NCBI GenBank assembly: GCA_018054715.1
Contig: JAGPIY010000001.1
Coordinates: 1-56,728 of the forward strand
From: Bacteroidaceae bacterium
Lineage (GTDB): Bacteria; Bacteroidota; Bacteroidia; Bacteroidales; Bacteroidaceae
Length of the DNA: 56,728 bases
Reading direction: 5' to 3'
The notes under the pieces were generated by a model. It had not been told where the DNA came from and ran no database searches. It saw nothing but the letters and a program-made list of their open reading frames with translations. Below, in pieces: positions 27,789 through 39,823 of the stretch (positions are counted from its first letter, which is position 1; the number at the start of each line of letters is the position of its first letter). A program made the position numbers and the translations under genes.

Positions 27789-30146
27789 CTACATTGGATC
27801 CACGTCGTAGTAGATGATAATGCTTTTGTATAAGGGGTGGCTAAGAACTTCTTGTTGTGCGTAATTCAACAACTGACGAGTTTGATCGATAGAAGCCTCG
27901 TGTTCCATTTTGATAACTATTTGCCGGATGAAGAGTTGTTGCACACGTGCAATAACTGGCTCTACTGGCCCCATGACGCGTCCTGGCAGATAAGTGCGGA
28001 GTAACTTAGTAATATGTATTGTAGCTTCTTCTACGATGCGTCTATCACGGTGTTTTAGATAAACATAAATAAGTCTATAGTATGGAGGGTAATGAAATAA
28101 AGCCCGCTCTTCTAACTGATCTTTATATAATGCCTCATAATTATATTGTATAACTTGTTGGATGATAGGGTGGCTAATGGAACGCGTTTGTATATATACT
28201 GCACCTTGCTTGCCTTTGCGTCCAGCGCGTCCTGCTACCTGAGCCATTAGTTGAAAGGCTCGTTCATGTGCTCGGAAATCCGGGAAATTTAGCATTGTAT
28301 CAGCATCTAAAATCCCTACAGTACTTACGTGGTCGAAGTCTAATCCCTTGGATATCATTTGTGTGCCGATTAGAATATCTACCTTCTGGCTTTCTAAATC
28401 GGATAGTATTTGCTCATATTGTGCCCGCGTATGTGCTGTATCCATATCCATGCGTGCGATTTTTGCTTCAGGAAATAGAATTGAGATTTCATCCTCAATT
28501 CGCTCCGTCCCAATTCCTTGGCGCAGAAGTTTAGTTTCTTCGCAAGCAGGACATTTTATAGGTACGTTCTCTGTGTAACCGCAATAATGACAAGTTAATA
28601 GATTTGTTTTTTTATGGTAGGTTAGACTTACGTCACAATTCTTACAGCGAGGAACCCATCCACAATTCTTACACTCAATCATTGGCGAAAATCCTCTCCT
28701 ATTCTGGAAAAGAATAATTTGTTCTTTTTGAGTTAACGCTTTACCTATTGCATCAAGTAGTATTGGCGAAAAGCTACCGTTCATTTTCTTTTTATGTCGC
28801 AATTCTTTAATATCAATTGGAATGATTGTGGGTAATTGCAATCCTTGATAACGCTCAGTTAACGTGACGAGTCCGTATTTACCTTCTTTTGCGAGTTGAT
28901 AACTTTCTATTGAGGGCGTAGCACTACCTAATAAAACTTTTGCATTAAAGTATGAGGCTAGCACCATTGCTGTATGTTTAGCATGATAACGTGGTGAAGG
29001 GTCGTATTGCTTAAAGCTGTTTTCATGTTCCTCATCGACTATTACAAGACCTAAATTTTTCCATGGAAGAAAAAGTGCCGAACGGGCACCTAGAATTAGT
29101 GGATAAGGATTCTCACTAAGTTGCTTTTGCCATATTTCAACGCGAATTTCGTCTGAGAATTTAGAATGATAAATGCCAATCTGATTACCAAATACATGTT
29201 TTAATCGTTCTGTAATCTGTGTAGTTAAAGCAATTTCAGGCAAAAGATAAAGTACTTGTTTCTTTTCTTTTAAAGCTTCTTCGATGAGATGTATGTAAAC
29301 TTCAGTCTTCCCACTTGAAGTAACTCCATGAAGTAAACAAATTTGCTTTGATATTGGGCTGTCAATCTTTTTTTCATCGGAAGAGATTCCTTTGCCGAAT
29401 ATATCATGAATCTGCCTCAAGGCTTCTTCTTGAGCTGCATTAAGTGACTGAATAGCTTGAGTGTCAAAGTTTTCAATGCAAAGCCGTCCGCATTCTACTT
29501 CATATTGTTCTAGAATTCCTCGTTTTATAAGTTGCAGGAGAATACTTGGTGAGGCTCCTGTTTGAGTGAGAAATGAGTGCCGACTAATAGGGATATTCGT
29601 TAGGCTGTCTATATCTTGTTCCGATTGCTCATAAGAAGAAGCCTTATAACAATATAAATCGAGAAAAGAAAGTAAAAGTTCTTGTTGCTTGTGTGCCCGT
29701 TTTAGATTGTTGATCGTATTTTGCAAAGCTTGTTCATCTTTAATAAAAGAAGAGGAGAGGCTAAGCATTGTCTCGGTGCGTGGACGATAACTCTCTAGTA
29801 TTCCGCTTTCGCTATCTCCTTCTGGCTTTAGCCCACTCGGAAGAGCGGCTTTCATAATCTCGCCTGGGGAGGATAGATAATAATAAGCCATCCAATCCCA
29901 AAGCTTAAATTGTAAAGGCTCTAAAATAGGTTCTGTGTCAAGTAGGGCTGTAATTGGTTTTACTTTGAAACCCTCAGGTTGTATGAAATGAAGGTTACGC
30001 ACAATGCCTGTATAAAACTTTTTTTGTCCAAAAGATACTACTACACGACAGCCAATGTGTATTTTGTTTGCCCATTCTTCCGGAACAGAATAGGTGAACA
30101 GCTGTGAGAGCGGAAGTGGAAGAATTAATTCAGCGTATGTGATCAT
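27789..30146 (-). CDS. priA: primosomal protein N' (replication restart helicase PriA)
   Basis: Walker A GVTSSGKTEVY, DEEHE box, Cys-rich zinc region CKNCGWVPRCKNC...CHYCGY...CPAC. Confidence 0.9.
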   Translation of the reverse strand: MITYAELILPLPLSQLFTYSVPEEWANKIHIGCRVVVSFGQKKFYTGIVRNLHFIQPEGFKVKPITALLDTEPILEPLQFKLWDWMAYYYLSSPGEIMKAALPSGLKPEGDSESGILESYRPRTETMLSLSSSFIKDEQALQNTINNLKRAHKQQELLLSFLDLYCYKASSYEQSEQDIDSLTNIPISRHSFLTQTGASPSILLQLIKRGILEQYEVECGRLCIENFDTQAIQSLNAAQEEALRQIHDIFGKGISSDEKKIDSPISKQICLLHGVTSSGKTEVYIHLIEEALKEKKQVLYLLPEIALTTQITERLKHVFGNQIGIYHSKFSDEIRVEIWQKQLSENPYPLILGARSALFLPWKNLGLVIVDEEHENSFKQYDPSPRYHAKHTAMVLASYFNAKVLLGSATPSIESYQLAKEGKYGLVTLTERYQGLQLPTIIPIDIKELRHKKKMNGSFSPILLDAIGKALTQKEQIILFQNRRGFSPMIECKNCGWVPRCKNCDVSLTYHKKTNLLTCHYCGYTENVPIKCPACEETKLLRQGIGTERIEDEISILFPEAKIARMDMDTAHTRAQYEQILSDLESQKVDILIGTQMISKGLDFDHVSTVGILDADTMLNFPDFRAHERAFQLMAQVAGRAGRKGKQGAVYIQTRSISHPIIQQVIQYNYEALYKDQLEERALFHYPPYYRLIYVYLKHRDRRIVEEATIHITKLLRTYLPGRVMGPVEPVIARVQQLFIRQIVIKMEHEASIDQTRQLLNYAQQEVLSHPLYKSIIIYYDVDPM

Positions 30147-30169
30147 GAAAGTATAATTTCTTTTTCTTA

Positions 30170-30206
30170 AAAAGGAGTACAGCTGGATAAAAGCGGTACT
30201 CCTTTT
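30170..30206 (-). terminator. candidate terminator downstream of the OMP gene
   Basis: 11-bp stem aaaaggagtac / gtactcctttt with a 15-nt loop. The minus strand continues T-rich. Confidence 0.4.
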
Positions 30207-30278
30207 GGTAATAATAATGCGATGATGATACGATATACTATATCATTCTTTTTTTTGTAAATACATACAGCATTGAGT

Positions 30279-30842
30279 TTAGAAGAGATAGGCTACAGAT
30301 ACTTTCCACATGTTATTTTTCCCATCAATAACATTCTTGGCATCGGTTAGTTTGAAGCTATTACCTAATGCCCAATTGTAGCCTCCGTAAACTTCAAGAT
30401 GGCTTAATACTTTAACACCTGCACCTATGTTGAGAGAGGTTTTGAAGTCATCCCCTTTTACAGTTTTATAATCGCCAGCAATACTATTTCCGCTTACGTC
30501 CCATGAAAATTGTGGTCCTGCTTGTACAAAAACAGCAGCAAGGCTGCTAAAGCCAAGCGAATATCTTAAGTTTATCGGAATGTCAATATATTCTTGTTTG
30601 ATAGTGCTATTACTCGCTTCTATATCAGCTTTAGAATAGAGTATCGACCCATTGACACCCAGTCCAATAATAGGAACTGTAAATTGAAGTTCTGGTCCGA
30701 TAAACCATCCGGTTTTACTGCTGAAGTTTTGAGGATTTGTTAGGTTCAATCCTCCTTGTACTCCATAGTTAAATTGCGCCGAGGCAACTGTCGAAACGAG
30801 CAGAAAAGCTGCCATAACTAATGTGCGAAAAATGTTCTTCAT
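30279..30842 (-). CDS. small outer-membrane beta-barrel (porin-family) protein
   Basis: Signal peptide, alternating amphipathic strands, C-terminal ...WKVSVAYLF with a terminal Phe. Confidence 0.6.
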   Translation of the reverse strand: MKNIFRTLVMAAFLLVSTVASAQFNYGVQGGLNLTNPQNFSSKTGWFIGPELQFTVPIIGLGVNGSILYSKADIEASNSTIKQEYIDIPINLRYSLGFSSLAAVFVQAGPQFSWDVSGNSIAGDYKTVKGDDFKTSLNIGAGVKVLSHLEVYGGYNWALGNSFKLTDAKNVIDGKNNMWKVSVAYLF

Positions 30843-30877
30843 ACTGTTTTTCTCTTTGTTATTGTTTGATAATGTTG

Positions 30878-30885
30878 CAAAGATA
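30878..30885 (-). promoter_or_regulatory. candidate -7 box (TAtcTTTG on minus strand) for the OMP gene
   Basis: Plus strand ttgcaaagatact, identical in context to the box at 8603. Confidence 0.45.
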
Positions 30886-31040
30886 CTGTTTTTTTAGAAA
30901 AAAATAAGAAATTGCGCATTATTTTTCCCCAATAAGTGGCTTAATTCAGCAGAAAGTTGCATCTTTGTAATCAGAAAATGAGTTGAACCTTTTTTATATG
31001 GTATATATAATTAAGGTTCGCGTACATTATATTATATATT

Positions 31041-31352
31041 ATGGATAAGAATAATTTAAATGAAGGAAAGCTTCAAATAGAGTTAAGTCAGGAAGTCGCA
31101 GAAGGAACTTACGCCAATCTTTCTATTATTTCGCATTCTCGCAGTGAATTTGTGGCCGATTTTGTGCGTGTAATGCCTAATACTCCGAAGGCAGTAGTAA
31201 AGAGTCGAGTTATTCTTACTCCTGAAAATGCAAAACGCTTACTGTTTGCTTTGCAGGATAATATTTCTAAATATGAAGAAACTTTTGGGAAGATACAACT
31301 TGAACAGCCTCCTTTTGTGCCTCCTTTTCCTGTAATCAGTGGTGAGGCTTGA
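31041..31352 (+). CDS. DUF3467-family protein
   Basis: 103 aa with ...GTYANLSIISHSRSEFVADFVRVMP...VKSRVILTPENAKRL. Resembles the conserved small protein found upstream of rpsL in Bacteroidota. Confidence 0.6.
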   Translation: MDKNNLNEGKLQIELSQEVAEGTYANLSIISHSRSEFVADFVRVMPNTPKAVVKSRVILTPENAKRLLFALQDNISKYEETFGKIQLEQPPFVPPFPVISGEA

Positions 31353-31472
31353 TAAATGGCTTTTTTCTTTTTTTCTGCCTCAATTAAATAGCTTGTAAGT
31401 GTTAAACATACTTTTTTTCAAATAAAACCGGAAAAACTACGAAGAAATGATTGTTTTTCCGGAAAAAGTTCG

Positions 31473-31480
31473 TACCTTTG
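31473..31480 (+). promoter_or_regulatory. candidate -7 box TAccTTTG for the ribosomal-protein super-cluster
   Basis: GTACCTTTGCAGCCCG lies ~88 nt upstream of the rpsL ATG. Confidence 0.5.
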
Positions 31481-31567
31481 CAGCCCGTAATGTATAGTGG
31501 ATTTACTATGCCTTGCTTTGGAGTGAAATATATAAAACAAAAATATAATAATTAAAAAACAAGTAAA

Positions 31568-31969
31568 ATGCCTACAATTCAGCAATTAGTAAGAAAAGGA
31601 AGAGCTGATTTGGTGGAGAAGAGTAAGTCTCCCGCACTAGATTCATGTCCTCAGAGACGTGGCGTTTGTGTGCGTGTGTACACTACTACCCCCAAAAAGC
31701 CTAACTCGGCGATGCGTAAAGTTGCCCGTGTTCGTTTGACCAATCAGAAAGAAGTGAACTCTTATATTCCAGGAGAAGGTCATAACTTACAGGAGCACTC
31801 AATTGTACTCGTTCGTGGTGGCCGTGTAAAAGATCTTCCTGGTGTGCGTTATCACATTGTTCGTGGTACTCTCGATACGGCAGGTGTTGCAAATCGCACG
31901 CAACGTCGTTCTAAGTATGGCGCAAAGCGTCCTAAACCAGGACAAGCTGCCCCAGCTAAAAAGAAATAA
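31568..31969 (+). CDS. rpsL: 30S ribosomal protein S12
   Basis: [12 protein letters not shown]...[16 protein letters not shown], with a Lys/Pro-rich C-terminal extension. Confidence 0.97.
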   Translation: MPTIQQLVRKGRADLVEKSKSPALDSCPQRRGVCVRVYTTTPKKPNSAMRKVARVRLTNQKEVNSYIPGEGHNLQEHSIVLVRGGRVKDLPGVRYHIVRGTLDTAGVANRTQRRSKYGAKRPKPGQAAPAKKK

Positions 31970-32096
31970 TCAAAAAGAAAACAAGTTTAACTTTGTTTCG
32001 TTTGATGGAATATGCGGTAATGGTTGAGTAAATATTCGGAGGAATATTGAAGACACAATTAATGCAGCCGAAAACAAAACATTATTATTCAAACAA

Positions 32097-32573
32097 ATGA
32101 GAAAAGCAAAACCTAAAAAACGTTTGGTCCTTCCGGATCCCGTTTTTAATGATCAAAAGGTTTCTAAGTTTGTAAACCATCTAATGTATGATGGAAAGAA
32201 GAATACCTCTTATGAGATCTTCTACAACTCCTTGAAGCTCGTTGAAACCAAAATGCAAAATGCGGAGCAATCTGCTCTTGAGATTTGGAAGAAAGCACTT
32301 GAAAACATAACTCCTCAAGTGGAAGTTAAGTCACGCCGTGTTGGTGGTGCAACCTTTCAGGTTCCTACCGAAATCCGTCCGGATCGTAAAGAATCGGTTT
32401 CTATGAAGAATCTGATCCTGTTCGCTCGTAAACGTGGCGGTAAAACAATGGCAGACAAGTTGGCTGCTGAAATTATGGATGCTTTCAATGAACAAGGTGG
32501 TGCCTATAAGCGTAAAGAAGATATGCACCGTATGGCTGAAGCTAACCGTGCATTTGCTCACTTTAGATTCTAA
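32097..32573 (+). CDS. rpsG: 30S ribosomal protein S7
   Basis: MRKAKPKKR...[13 protein letters not shown], and str-cluster position. Confidence 0.96.
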   Translation: MRKAKPKKRLVLPDPVFNDQKVSKFVNHLMYDGKKNTSYEIFYNSLKLVETKMQNAEQSALEIWKKALENITPQVEVKSRRVGGATFQVPTEIRPDRKESVSMKNLILFARKRGGKTMADKLAAEIMDAFNEQGGAYKRKEDMHRMAEANRAFAHFRF

Positions 32574-32581
32574 ACGAAGAA

Positions 32582-34699
32582 ATGGCTAAACACGATTTAC
32601 ATTTAACTCGTAATATCGGTATCATGGCGCATATCGATGCTGGTAAGACTACTACTTCTGAACGTATTCTTTACTATACGGGTTTGACTCACAAAATTGG
32701 TGAGGTGCATGATGGCGCTGCTACCATGGACTGGATGGCTCAAGAGCAGGAGCGTGGTATTACAATTACTTCTGCTGCGACAACCACTCGTTGGAAATGG
32801 GCTGGCAATACTTATAAAATTAACTTGATTGACACTCCGGGACACGTTGACTTTACTGCTGAAGTAGAGCGCTCATTACGTGTGCTTGACGGTGCGGTGG
32901 CTACTTACTGTGCAGTAGGTGGTGTAGAACCTCAGTCGGAAACGGTATGGCGTCAGGCTGATAAATACAATGTACCCCGTATTGGTTATGTTAATAAAAT
33001 GGACCGCTCTGGTGCAGACTTCTATGAAGTGTTACGCCAGATGAAAGCTGTTTTGGGTGCAAATGCTTGTGCTATCGTGATACCTATTGGTGCCGAGGAA
33101 AACTTCAAAGGTCTTGTTGACCTTATTAAGATGAAGGCTATTCTCTGGCACGATGAAACAATGGGTGCAGATTATGAAGAAGAAGAGATTCCGGCAAATT
33201 TACTTGATGAGGCTCATGAGTATCGTGAGAAAATGTTGGAGGCTATTGCTGAATATGATGACGTTTTGATGGAGAAGTTCTTTGATGATCCTTCTACAAT
33301 TACTCAAGATGAAATTCTTCGTGCTTTACGTACGGCTACTTGTAAAATGGAACTTGTTCCTATGCTTTGTGGCTCTTCATTTAAAAATAAAGGCGTGCAG
33401 ACATTACTTGATTATGTTTGTGCATTTCTTCCTTCTCCTCTAGAAAATGGTGATATAATAGGCACTGACCCTGAGACAGGAGAAGAAACGACTCGTAAGC
33501 CTGATGATGATGCAAAAACGGCAGCACTTGCTTTTAAAATTGCTACTGACCCTTATGTGGGGCGTTTAACTTTTTTCCGCGTTTATTCGGGTAAAATTGA
33601 AGCGGGCTCTTATATCTATAATACTCGTTCTGGTAAAAAAGAGCGCGTGTCTCGTCTGTTCCAAATGCATTCAAATAAGCAAAATCCTGTAGAGGTAATT
33701 GGCGCGGGTGATATTGGTGCAGGTGTCGGATTTAAAGATATTCGCACTGGTGATACTCTTTGTGACGAAACAGCTCCTATAGTTCTTGAGTCTATGGACT
33801 TCCCTGACACTGTAATTGGTATCGCTATTGAGCCTAAAACTCAGAAGGATCTTGATAAGTTGTCAGTTGGCTTGGCTAAATTGGCTGAAGAAGATCCTAC
33901 TTTCCGTGTATCAACAGATGAGCAAACAGGTCAAACCGTTATCTCTGGTATGGGTGAACTTCATCTTGATATCATTGTTGATCGTTTAAAACGTGAGTTT
34001 AAAGTGGAATGTAACCAAGGTCGTCCTCAGGTTTCTTATAAGGAAGCTATTACAAAGACAGTTAATCTTCGTGAGGTTTATAAGAAGCAATCTGGTGGTC
34101 GTGGTAAATTTGCTGATATCATTATAAATGTAGGTCCTGCTGATGACGATTTTGAAGGAACTGGTCTTCAGTTTATAGATGCGGTAAAAGGTGGTAATAT
34201 CCCTAAAGAGTTTATCCCTTCTGTTCAAAAAGGCTTTACTTCTGCAATGAAGAATGGCGTACTTGCCGGCTATCCTTTAGATACGTTGAAAGTGACTCTT
34301 TTGGATGGTTCGTTCCACCCTGTTGACTCAGATCAACTTTCGTTTGAGATTGCTGCAGTTCAGGCTTACAAGAATGCTTGTGCTAAAGCTGGTCCTGTAT
34401 TGCTAGAACCTGTTATGAAACTCGAGGTGGTAACTCCAGAGGAAAATATGGGTGATGTAATTGGCGATTTGAATAAGCGTCGTGGCCAAGTAGAAGGAAT
34501 GGAGAATAGTCGTTCGGGTGCGCGTATTGTAAAAGCAAATGTGCCTCTTGCCGAAATGTTCGGTTATGTAACAGCTTTACGTACCATTACTTCAGGTCGT
34601 GCAACTTCTTCTATGACTTTCTCGCATTTCTCTCAATTGTCAACTTCTATAGCGAAGACAGTACTTGAGGAAGTGAAAGGTCGCACTGATTTGCTTTAA
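32582..34699 (+). CDS. fusA: elongation factor G
   Basis: [26 protein letters not shown], 705 aa. Confidence 0.97.
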   Translation: MAKHDLHLTRNIGIMAHIDAGKTTTSERILYYTGLTHKIGEVHDGAATMDWMAQEQERGITITSAATTTRWKWAGNTYKINLIDTPGHVDFTAEVERSLRVLDGAVATYCAVGGVEPQSETVWRQADKYNVPRIGYVNKMDRSGADFYEVLRQMKAVLGANACAIVIPIGAEENFKGLVDLIKMKAILWHDETMGADYEEEEIPANLLDEAHEYREKMLEAIAEYDDVLMEKFFDDPSTITQDEILRALRTATCKMELVPMLCGSSFKNKGVQTLLDYVCAFLPSPLENGDIIGTDPETGEETTRKPDDDAKTAALAFKIATDPYVGRLTFFRVYSGKIEAGSYIYNTRSGKKERVSRLFQMHSNKQNPVEVIGAGDIGAGVGFKDIRTGDTLCDETAPIVLESMDFPDTVIGIAIEPKTQKDLDKLSVGLAKLAEEDPTFRVSTDEQTGQTVISGMGELHLDIIVDRLKREFKVECNQGRPQVSYKEAITKTVNLREVYKKQSGGRGKFADIIINVGPADDDFEGTGLQFIDAVKGGNIPKEFIPSVQKGFTSAMKNGVLAGYPLDTLKVTLLDGSFHPVDSDQLSFEIAAVQAYKNACAKAGPVLLEPVMKLEVVTPEENMGDVIGDLNKRRGQVEGMENSRSGARIVKANVPLAEMFGYVTALRTITSGRATSSMTFSHFSQLSTSIAKTVLEEVKGRTDLL

Positions 34700-34715
34700 A
34701 ATAAAAGTTAAAAAT

Positions 34716-35021
34716 ATGAGCCAAAAAATTAGAATTAAATTGAAATCTTACGATTACAACTTGGTTGATAAGTCTGCTGAGAAAATCGTGAGAACTGTGA
34801 AGGCTACAGGTGCCATTGTTAGTGGTCCTATCCCTCTTCCTACGCACAAGCGTATCTTTACAGTGAATCGCTCTACCTTCGTAAACAAGAAGTCGCGTGA
34901 ACAGTTCGAACTAGCTTCTTACAAGCGTCTTATTGACATCTATAGCTCTACGGCTAAAACGGTAGATGCTTTGATGAAACTAGAATTGCCTAGTGGAGTG
35001 GAAGTAGAAATTAAAGTGTGA
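34716..35021 (+). CDS. rpsJ: 30S ribosomal protein S10
   Basis: [14 protein letters not shown]..., 101 aa. Confidence 0.96.
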   Translation: MSQKIRIKLKSYDYNLVDKSAEKIVRTVKATGAIVSGPIPLPTHKRIFTVNRSTFVNKKSREQFELASYKRLIDIYSSTAKTVDALMKLELPSGVEVEIKV

Positions 35022-35042
35022 TAATATTAATAGTTAAGTGAA

Positions 35043-35660
35043 ATGCCAGGATTATTAGGAAAAAAAATCGGAATGACATCCGTATTCAGTGCCGACGGTA
35101 AAAATGTACCGTGCACTGTTATCGAAGCAGGTCCTTGTGTGGTTACTCAGCTGAAATCAGTTGAAAAAGATGGCTATGAAGCTGTCCAATTAGGTTTTCA
35201 AGAGCAGAAAGAAAAACATGCTACGAAAGCTTTGATGGGGCACTTCAGTAAAGCCGGCGTAACCCCCAAGAGACACTTGGCCGAGTTCAAGGGATTTGAG
35301 GCAGACCTCAATCTCGGTGACGTAATTGATGTGCAAATGTTCGCAGAAAATTCTTTTGTAGATGTAGTTGCTACTTCTAAGGGAAAAGGTTTTCAAGGCG
35401 TTGTGAAAAGACATGGTTTTGCTGGTGTAGGTCAAAGCACCCACGGACAGCATAATCGTGCTCGTAAACCGGGTTCTATTGGTGCTTGCTCATACCCTGC
35501 TAAGGTATTTAAAGGTATGCGTATGGGTGGCCAAATGGGTGGCGATCGTGTAACTGTGCAGAATTTGCGTGTGTTAAAGGTGATCTCAGAACACAATCTT
35601 TTATTAATTAAAGGTTCTGTTCCAGGTGCTAAAGGTTCAATCGTATTAATAGAGAAGTAA
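35043..35660 (+). CDS. rplC: 50S ribosomal protein L3
   Basis: [15 protein letters not shown]...[11 protein letters not shown]. Confidence 0.96.
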   Translation: MPGLLGKKIGMTSVFSADGKNVPCTVIEAGPCVVTQLKSVEKDGYEAVQLGFQEQKEKHATKALMGHFSKAGVTPKRHLAEFKGFEADLNLGDVIDVQMFAENSFVDVVATSKGKGFQGVVKRHGFAGVGQSTHGQHNRARKPGSIGACSYPAKVFKGMRMGGQMGGDRVTVQNLRVLKVISEHNLLLIKGSVPGAKGSIVLIEK

Positions 35661-35661
35661 A

Positions 35662-36291
35662 ATGGAAATTAGCGTATTAAACATTAATGGTGCTGACACC
35701 GGAAGAAAGGTTACGTTAAACGAGTCTATCTTCGCTATTGAACCAAATGATCATGCGATTTATTTGGACGTAAAGCAATTTATGGCCAATCAGCGTCAAG
35801 GCACGCATAAGTCAAAAGAGAGAAGTGAACTTTCGGGTTCTACTCGTAAACTTGGTCGCCAGAAAGGTGGTGGCGGTGCCCGTCGTGGTGATATTAAATC
35901 ACCTCTTCTTGTTGGTGGTGCACGTGTGTTCGGTCCTGTACCTCGTGATTACTCTTTCAAGCTAAACAAGAAAGTAAAGACCTTAGCTCGTAAATCAGCT
36001 CTTGCTTATAAGGCGCAAGCTGATGCTCTAATCGTGGTAGAGGATTTTGCTTTCGAAGCTCCAAAAACAAAAGAATTCTTAAGTGTTCTTAATGATTTGA
36101 AAATTTCAAACAAGAAGGCTCTTTTTGTTTTGGCTTCTGATAATAAAAACGTATATTTGTCGGCTCGTAATATAGAGAAGACTCTTGTTGTTCCGGTGTC
36201 TAGTGTAAATACTTATCGAGTATTGAATGCTAGTGTAGTGGTTCTGACAGAGAGTGCTCTTGCTGCGATTGATGAAACATTAACAAAATAA
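35662..36291 (+). CDS. rplD: 50S ribosomal protein L4
   Basis: [33 protein letters not shown], and cluster order. Confidence 0.95.
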   Translation: MEISVLNINGADTGRKVTLNESIFAIEPNDHAIYLDVKQFMANQRQGTHKSKERSELSGSTRKLGRQKGGGGARRGDIKSPLLVGGARVFGPVPRDYSFKLNKKVKTLARKSALAYKAQADALIVVEDFAFEAPKTKEFLSVLNDLKISNKKALFVLASDNKNVYLSARNIEKTLVVPVSSVNTYRVLNASVVVLTESALAAIDETLTK

Positions 36292-36302
36292 AGGCTTAAA
36301 TA

Positions 36303-36593
36303 ATGGGAATTATTATTAAACCGATTGTTACTGAAAAGATGAACAAGGAAACCGAAAAGCGTAATACTTTCGGTTTCATAGTTCGTCCGGAGTACAATAA
36401 ACTTGAGGTTAAAGGTGCAATTGAAGCTCTATACAATGTAACCGTTGTGAGCGTGAATACAATGCGCTATATTGGTAAGTCCAAGAATCGTTGGACTCGT
36501 GCCGGTCTTATTAAAGGTCGCGCGAATGCTTTTAAGAAAGCCATCGTTACCTTGAAAGAGGGCGATACTATTGATTTTTATAGCAATATTTAA
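36303..36593 (+). CDS. rplW: 50S ribosomal protein L23
   Basis: 96 aa, IIKPIVTEK..., and cluster order. Confidence 0.94.
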   Translation: MGIIIKPIVTEKMNKETEKRNTFGFIVRPEYNKLEVKGAIEALYNVTVVSVNTMRYIGKSKNRWTRAGLIKGRANAFKKAIVTLKEGDTIDFYSNI

Positions 36594-36599
36594 AGAGAA

Positions 36600-37424
36600 A
36601 TGGCAGTACGTAAATTTAAGCCCACAACACCGGGGCAAAGACATAAAGTTATTGGTACCTTTGAGGAACTGACAGCATCGGCACCAGAGAAATCACTTGT
36701 GTACGGAAAACGCTCTACTGGCGGCCGTAATAATGAGGGTAAAATGACCGTTCGTTATATTGGTGGAGGACACAAGAGAAAGTATAGAATCATCGATTTT
36801 AAAAGAGAAAAAGACGGTGTACCTGCAGTAGTAAAAACAATTGAATACGATCCAAACCGTTCGGCTCGTATTGCTCTTTTGTATTATGCTGATGGTGAAA
36901 AACGTTATATTATCGCTCCCAATGGACTGCAAGTGGGTGCGACTCTAATGTCAGGTGAGAATGCGGTACCCGAGGTGGGTAATGCGCTTCCTCTTCAGAA
37001 TATCCCTGTTGGTACAGTGATCCATAATATTGAGCTTCGTCCTGGACAAGGTGCAATGATGGTTCGTTCTGCTGGTAATTTTGCTCAGCTAACTTCTCGT
37101 GAGGGTAAGTATAGTGTTGTGAAATTGCCTTCAGGTGAGATTCGTCAGATTTTGAGTACTTGCAAAGCTACTATTGGTAGTGTTGGCAACTCTGATCACG
37201 CACTCGAAAGCTCAGGTAAAGCAGGCCGTTCACGTTGGCAGGGTAAGCGCCCTCACAACCGTGGTGTGGTAATGAATCCTGTGGATCACCCCATGGGTGG
37301 TGGTGAAGGTCGTCAATCTGGAGGACATCCTCGTTCACGTACTGGATTGTATGCTAAGGGTCTTAAAACAAGAGCTCCTAAGAAGCATTCATCTAAGTAT
37401 ATTATTGAGAGAAGAAAAAAGTAA
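36600..37424 (+). CDS. rplB: 50S ribosomal protein L2
   Basis: [15 protein letters not shown]...GGGHKRKYR...[13 protein letters not shown]. Confidence 0.97.
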   Translation: MAVRKFKPTTPGQRHKVIGTFEELTASAPEKSLVYGKRSTGGRNNEGKMTVRYIGGGHKRKYRIIDFKREKDGVPAVVKTIEYDPNRSARIALLYYADGEKRYIIAPNGLQVGATLMSGENAVPEVGNALPLQNIPVGTVIHNIELRPGQGAMMVRSAGNFAQLTSREGKYSVVKLPSGEIRQILSTCKATIGSVGNSDHALESSGKAGRSRWQGKRPHNRGVVMNPVDHPMGGGEGRQSGGHPRSRTGLYAKGLKTRAPKKHSSKYIIERRKK

Positions 37425-37445
37425 CCTGATTAATATAAGATATAT

Positions 37446-37715
37446 ATGAGTCGTTCGCTAAAAAAAGGTCCGTATATTAACGTGAAGTTAGAGAGCCGTA
37501 TTCTCGCAATGAACGAGAGTGGCAAGAAAATTGTCGTTAAGACATGGGCTAGAGCTTCAATGATTTCCCCTGATTTTGTGGGTCATACAGTTGCAGTTCA
37601 TAATGGAAATAAATTTATTCCTGTATATGTTACAGAGAACATGGTTGGTCACAAATTGGGCGAATTCGCTCCAACTCGTAACTTCCGTGGTCATGCTGGC
37701 AACAAGAAGAGATAA
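37446..37715 (+). CDS. rpsS: 30S ribosomal protein S19
   Basis: [10 protein letters not shown]...[23 protein letters not shown]. Confidence 0.96.
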   Translation: MSRSLKKGPYINVKLESRILAMNESGKKIVVKTWARASMISPDFVGHTVAVHNGNKFIPVYVTENMVGHKLGEFAPTRNFRGHAGNKKR

Positions 37716-37754
37716 TCAGGAAAGTAAGTCAGTAATAAAAAGTAAAATTATATA

Positions 37755-38162
37755 ATGGGAGCTAGAAAAAAAATATCAGCTGAAAAGAGAAAAGAAGCTC
37801 TGAAAGCTGTTTCTTTTGCTAAGTTGCAGAATGTTCCTACTTCTCCCCGCAAAATGCGTTATGTCACTGACATGATTCGCGGTATGGAAGTTAATAAGGC
37901 ACTTGGCGTGTTGAAGTTCTCTTCAAAAGAGGCTTCTCGTAGAGTTGAGAAACTGTTGCGCTCAGCTATTGCAAACTGGGAGCAGAAAAATGATCGCAAG
38001 GCCGAGAATGGTGAGTTGTTCGTAACTACAGTTTTTGTGGATGGTGGTGCTATGTTAAAGCGTATGCGCCCTGCACCTCAGGGCCGTGGCTATCGCATTC
38101 GTAAGCGTTCAAACCATGTTACATTGTTCGTTGATACGAAGAGTACTAATGATGAAATTTAA
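37755..38162 (+). CDS. rplV: 50S ribosomal protein L22
   Basis: Cluster order and ...[18 protein letters not shown]. Confidence 0.95.
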   Translation: MGARKKISAEKRKEALKAVSFAKLQNVPTSPRKMRYVTDMIRGMEVNKALGVLKFSSKEASRRVEKLLRSAIANWEQKNDRKAENGELFVTTVFVDGGAMLKRMRPAPQGRGYRIRKRSNHVTLFVDTKSTNDEI

Positions 38163-38167
38163 TCTAG

Positions 38168-38893
38168 ATGGGACAAAAAGTTAATCCAATTAGTAACCGT
38201 TTGGGAATCATCAGAGGCTGGGATTCCAATTGGTATGGTGGCAGAAAGTACGGTGAGAATCTCTTGGAGGATACCAAGATTCGTAAGTACTTGAATGCTC
38301 GACTAGCAAAAGCTAGTGTGGCTAGAATTGTTATTGAGCGTACATTGAAGCTTGTGACGATTACGGTTTGCACTGCTCGCCCAGGTATCATCATTGGTAA
38401 GGGTGGCCAGGAAGTTGATAAGTTGAAAGAGGAGTTGAAGAAAATTACCGATAAAGATGTTCAAATTAATATTTTTGAGGTAAAGCGTCCTGAACTTGAT
38501 GCAGTTATTGTAGGTAACAATATCGCTCGTCAGGTAGAAGGAAAGATCGCTTATCGTCGCGCCATTAAAATGGCTATCGCAAATACAATGCGTATGGGCG
38601 CTGAAGGTATTAAAGTTCAAATTTCAGGACGTTTGAATGGCGCTGAAATAGCCCGTTCTGAGATGTATAAGGAAGGAAGAACTCCATTGCATACATTCCG
38701 TGCCGATATTGATTATTGTCATTGTGAGGCTTTGACGAAAGTCGGTCTCCTAGGCATTAAAGTGTGGATTTGCAAAGGTGAAGTATATGGCAAGCGTGAA
38801 CTCGCTCCAAACTTTACTCAAAAAGAAAGTGGTCGTGGAAATGCACCAAGCAATGGAGCTAAGAACTTCAAGAGAAAAAAAAGTAATCGTTAA
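38168..38893 (+). CDS. rpsC: 30S ribosomal protein S3
   Basis: [23 protein letters not shown]..., KH domain. Confidence 0.96.
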   Translation: MGQKVNPISNRLGIIRGWDSNWYGGRKYGENLLEDTKIRKYLNARLAKASVARIVIERTLKLVTITVCTARPGIIIGKGGQEVDKLKEELKKITDKDVQINIFEVKRPELDAVIVGNNIARQVEGKIAYRRAIKMAIANTMRMGAEGIKVQISGRLNGAEIARSEMYKEGRTPLHTFRADIDYCHCEALTKVGLLGIKVWICKGEVYGKRELAPNFTQKESGRGNAPSNGAKNFKRKKSNR

Positions 38894-38915
38894 CTAGAAT
38901 TTGAGGTTAGGAAAT

Positions 38916-39353
38916 ATGTTACAACCTAAAAAGACAAAATTCAGAAGGCAGCAAAAAGGTCGCATGAAAGGCAATGCTCAACGTGGCAATCAGTTGGCTT
39001 TCGGATCATTTGGCATCAAGTCACTTCAAAGTAAGTGGATCACTGGTCGCCAAATAGAAGCAGCTCGTATTGCTGTTACGAGATATATGCAACGTCAAGG
39101 TCAGATTTGGATACGAATCTTTCCAGACAAGCCTATAACAAAAAAACCTGCTGAGGTACGTATGGGTAAAGGTAAAGGTAATCCGGAAGGATTTGTGGCT
39201 CCTGTTACTCCTGGGCGTATCATTATCGAGGTAGAAGGTGTTTCGTTTAGTATCGCTAAGGAGGCTCTCCGTTTGGCTGCTCAGAAACTACCTGTTACTA
39301 CTAAGTTTATTGTGAGACGTGATTATGATACTACTCAAAGTCAAAATGCATAA
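38916..39353 (+). CDS. rplP: 50S ribosomal protein L16
   Basis: [16 protein letters not shown]... Start moved from the track TTG (38901) to the canonical ATG. Confidence 0.95.
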   Translation: MLQPKKTKFRRQQKGRMKGNAQRGNQLAFGSFGIKSLQSKWITGRQIEAARIAVTRYMQRQGQIWIRIFPDKPITKKPAEVRMGKGKGNPEGFVAPVTPGRIIIEVEGVSFSIAKEALRLAAQKLPVTTKFIVRRDYDTTQSQNA

Positions 39354-39358
39354 TAGTT

Positions 39359-39553
39359 ATGAAAACTGCAGAAATTAAAGAATTGACTACCACAGACTTG
39401 GTAGAAAGAGTCGCAGCAGAGAAGGCTAACTATGAACAGATGGTTGTAAATCATGCAATCACTCCTATGGAAAACCCTTCGCAGATCAAGCAACTCCGCA
39501 GAACCATCGCGCGTTTGATGACTGAGTTGCGTCAAAGAGAACTTAATAAATAA
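39359..39553 (+). CDS. rpmC: 50S ribosomal protein L29
   Basis: 64 aa, [14 protein letters not shown]..., and cluster order. Confidence 0.93.
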   Translation: MKTAEIKELTTTDLVERVAAEKANYEQMVVNHAITPMENPSQIKQLRRTIARLMTELRQRELNK

Positions 39554-39563
39554 AGTGAGTCCT

Positions 39564-39821
39564 ATGTCAGATAGAAATTTAAGAAAAGAGAGACTCGGGG
39601 TTGTTGTAAGCAATAAAATGGATAAAACTATTACTGTTGCTGCTAAATTTAAAGAAAAGCACCCCATTTATGGTAAGTTTGTCAGCAAGACAAAAAAATA
39701 CCATGCTCACGATGAAAAGAACGAGTGCAATGAAGGGGATACTGTCCGTATTATGGAAACTCGTCCTTTGAGTAAGAGTAAGAGATGGAGATTAGTAGAA
39801 ATTGTTGAAAGAGCTAAGTAA
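39564..39821 (+). CDS. rpsQ: 30S ribosomal protein S17
   Basis: ...[22 protein letters not shown].. Start taken at ATG 39564 (the track GTG at 39555 is also possible). Confidence 0.93.
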   Translation: MSDRNLRKERLGVVVSNKMDKTITVAAKFKEKHPIYGKFVSKTKKYHAHDEKNECNEGDTVRIMETRPLSKSKRWRLVEIVERAK

Positions 39822-39823
39822 TT

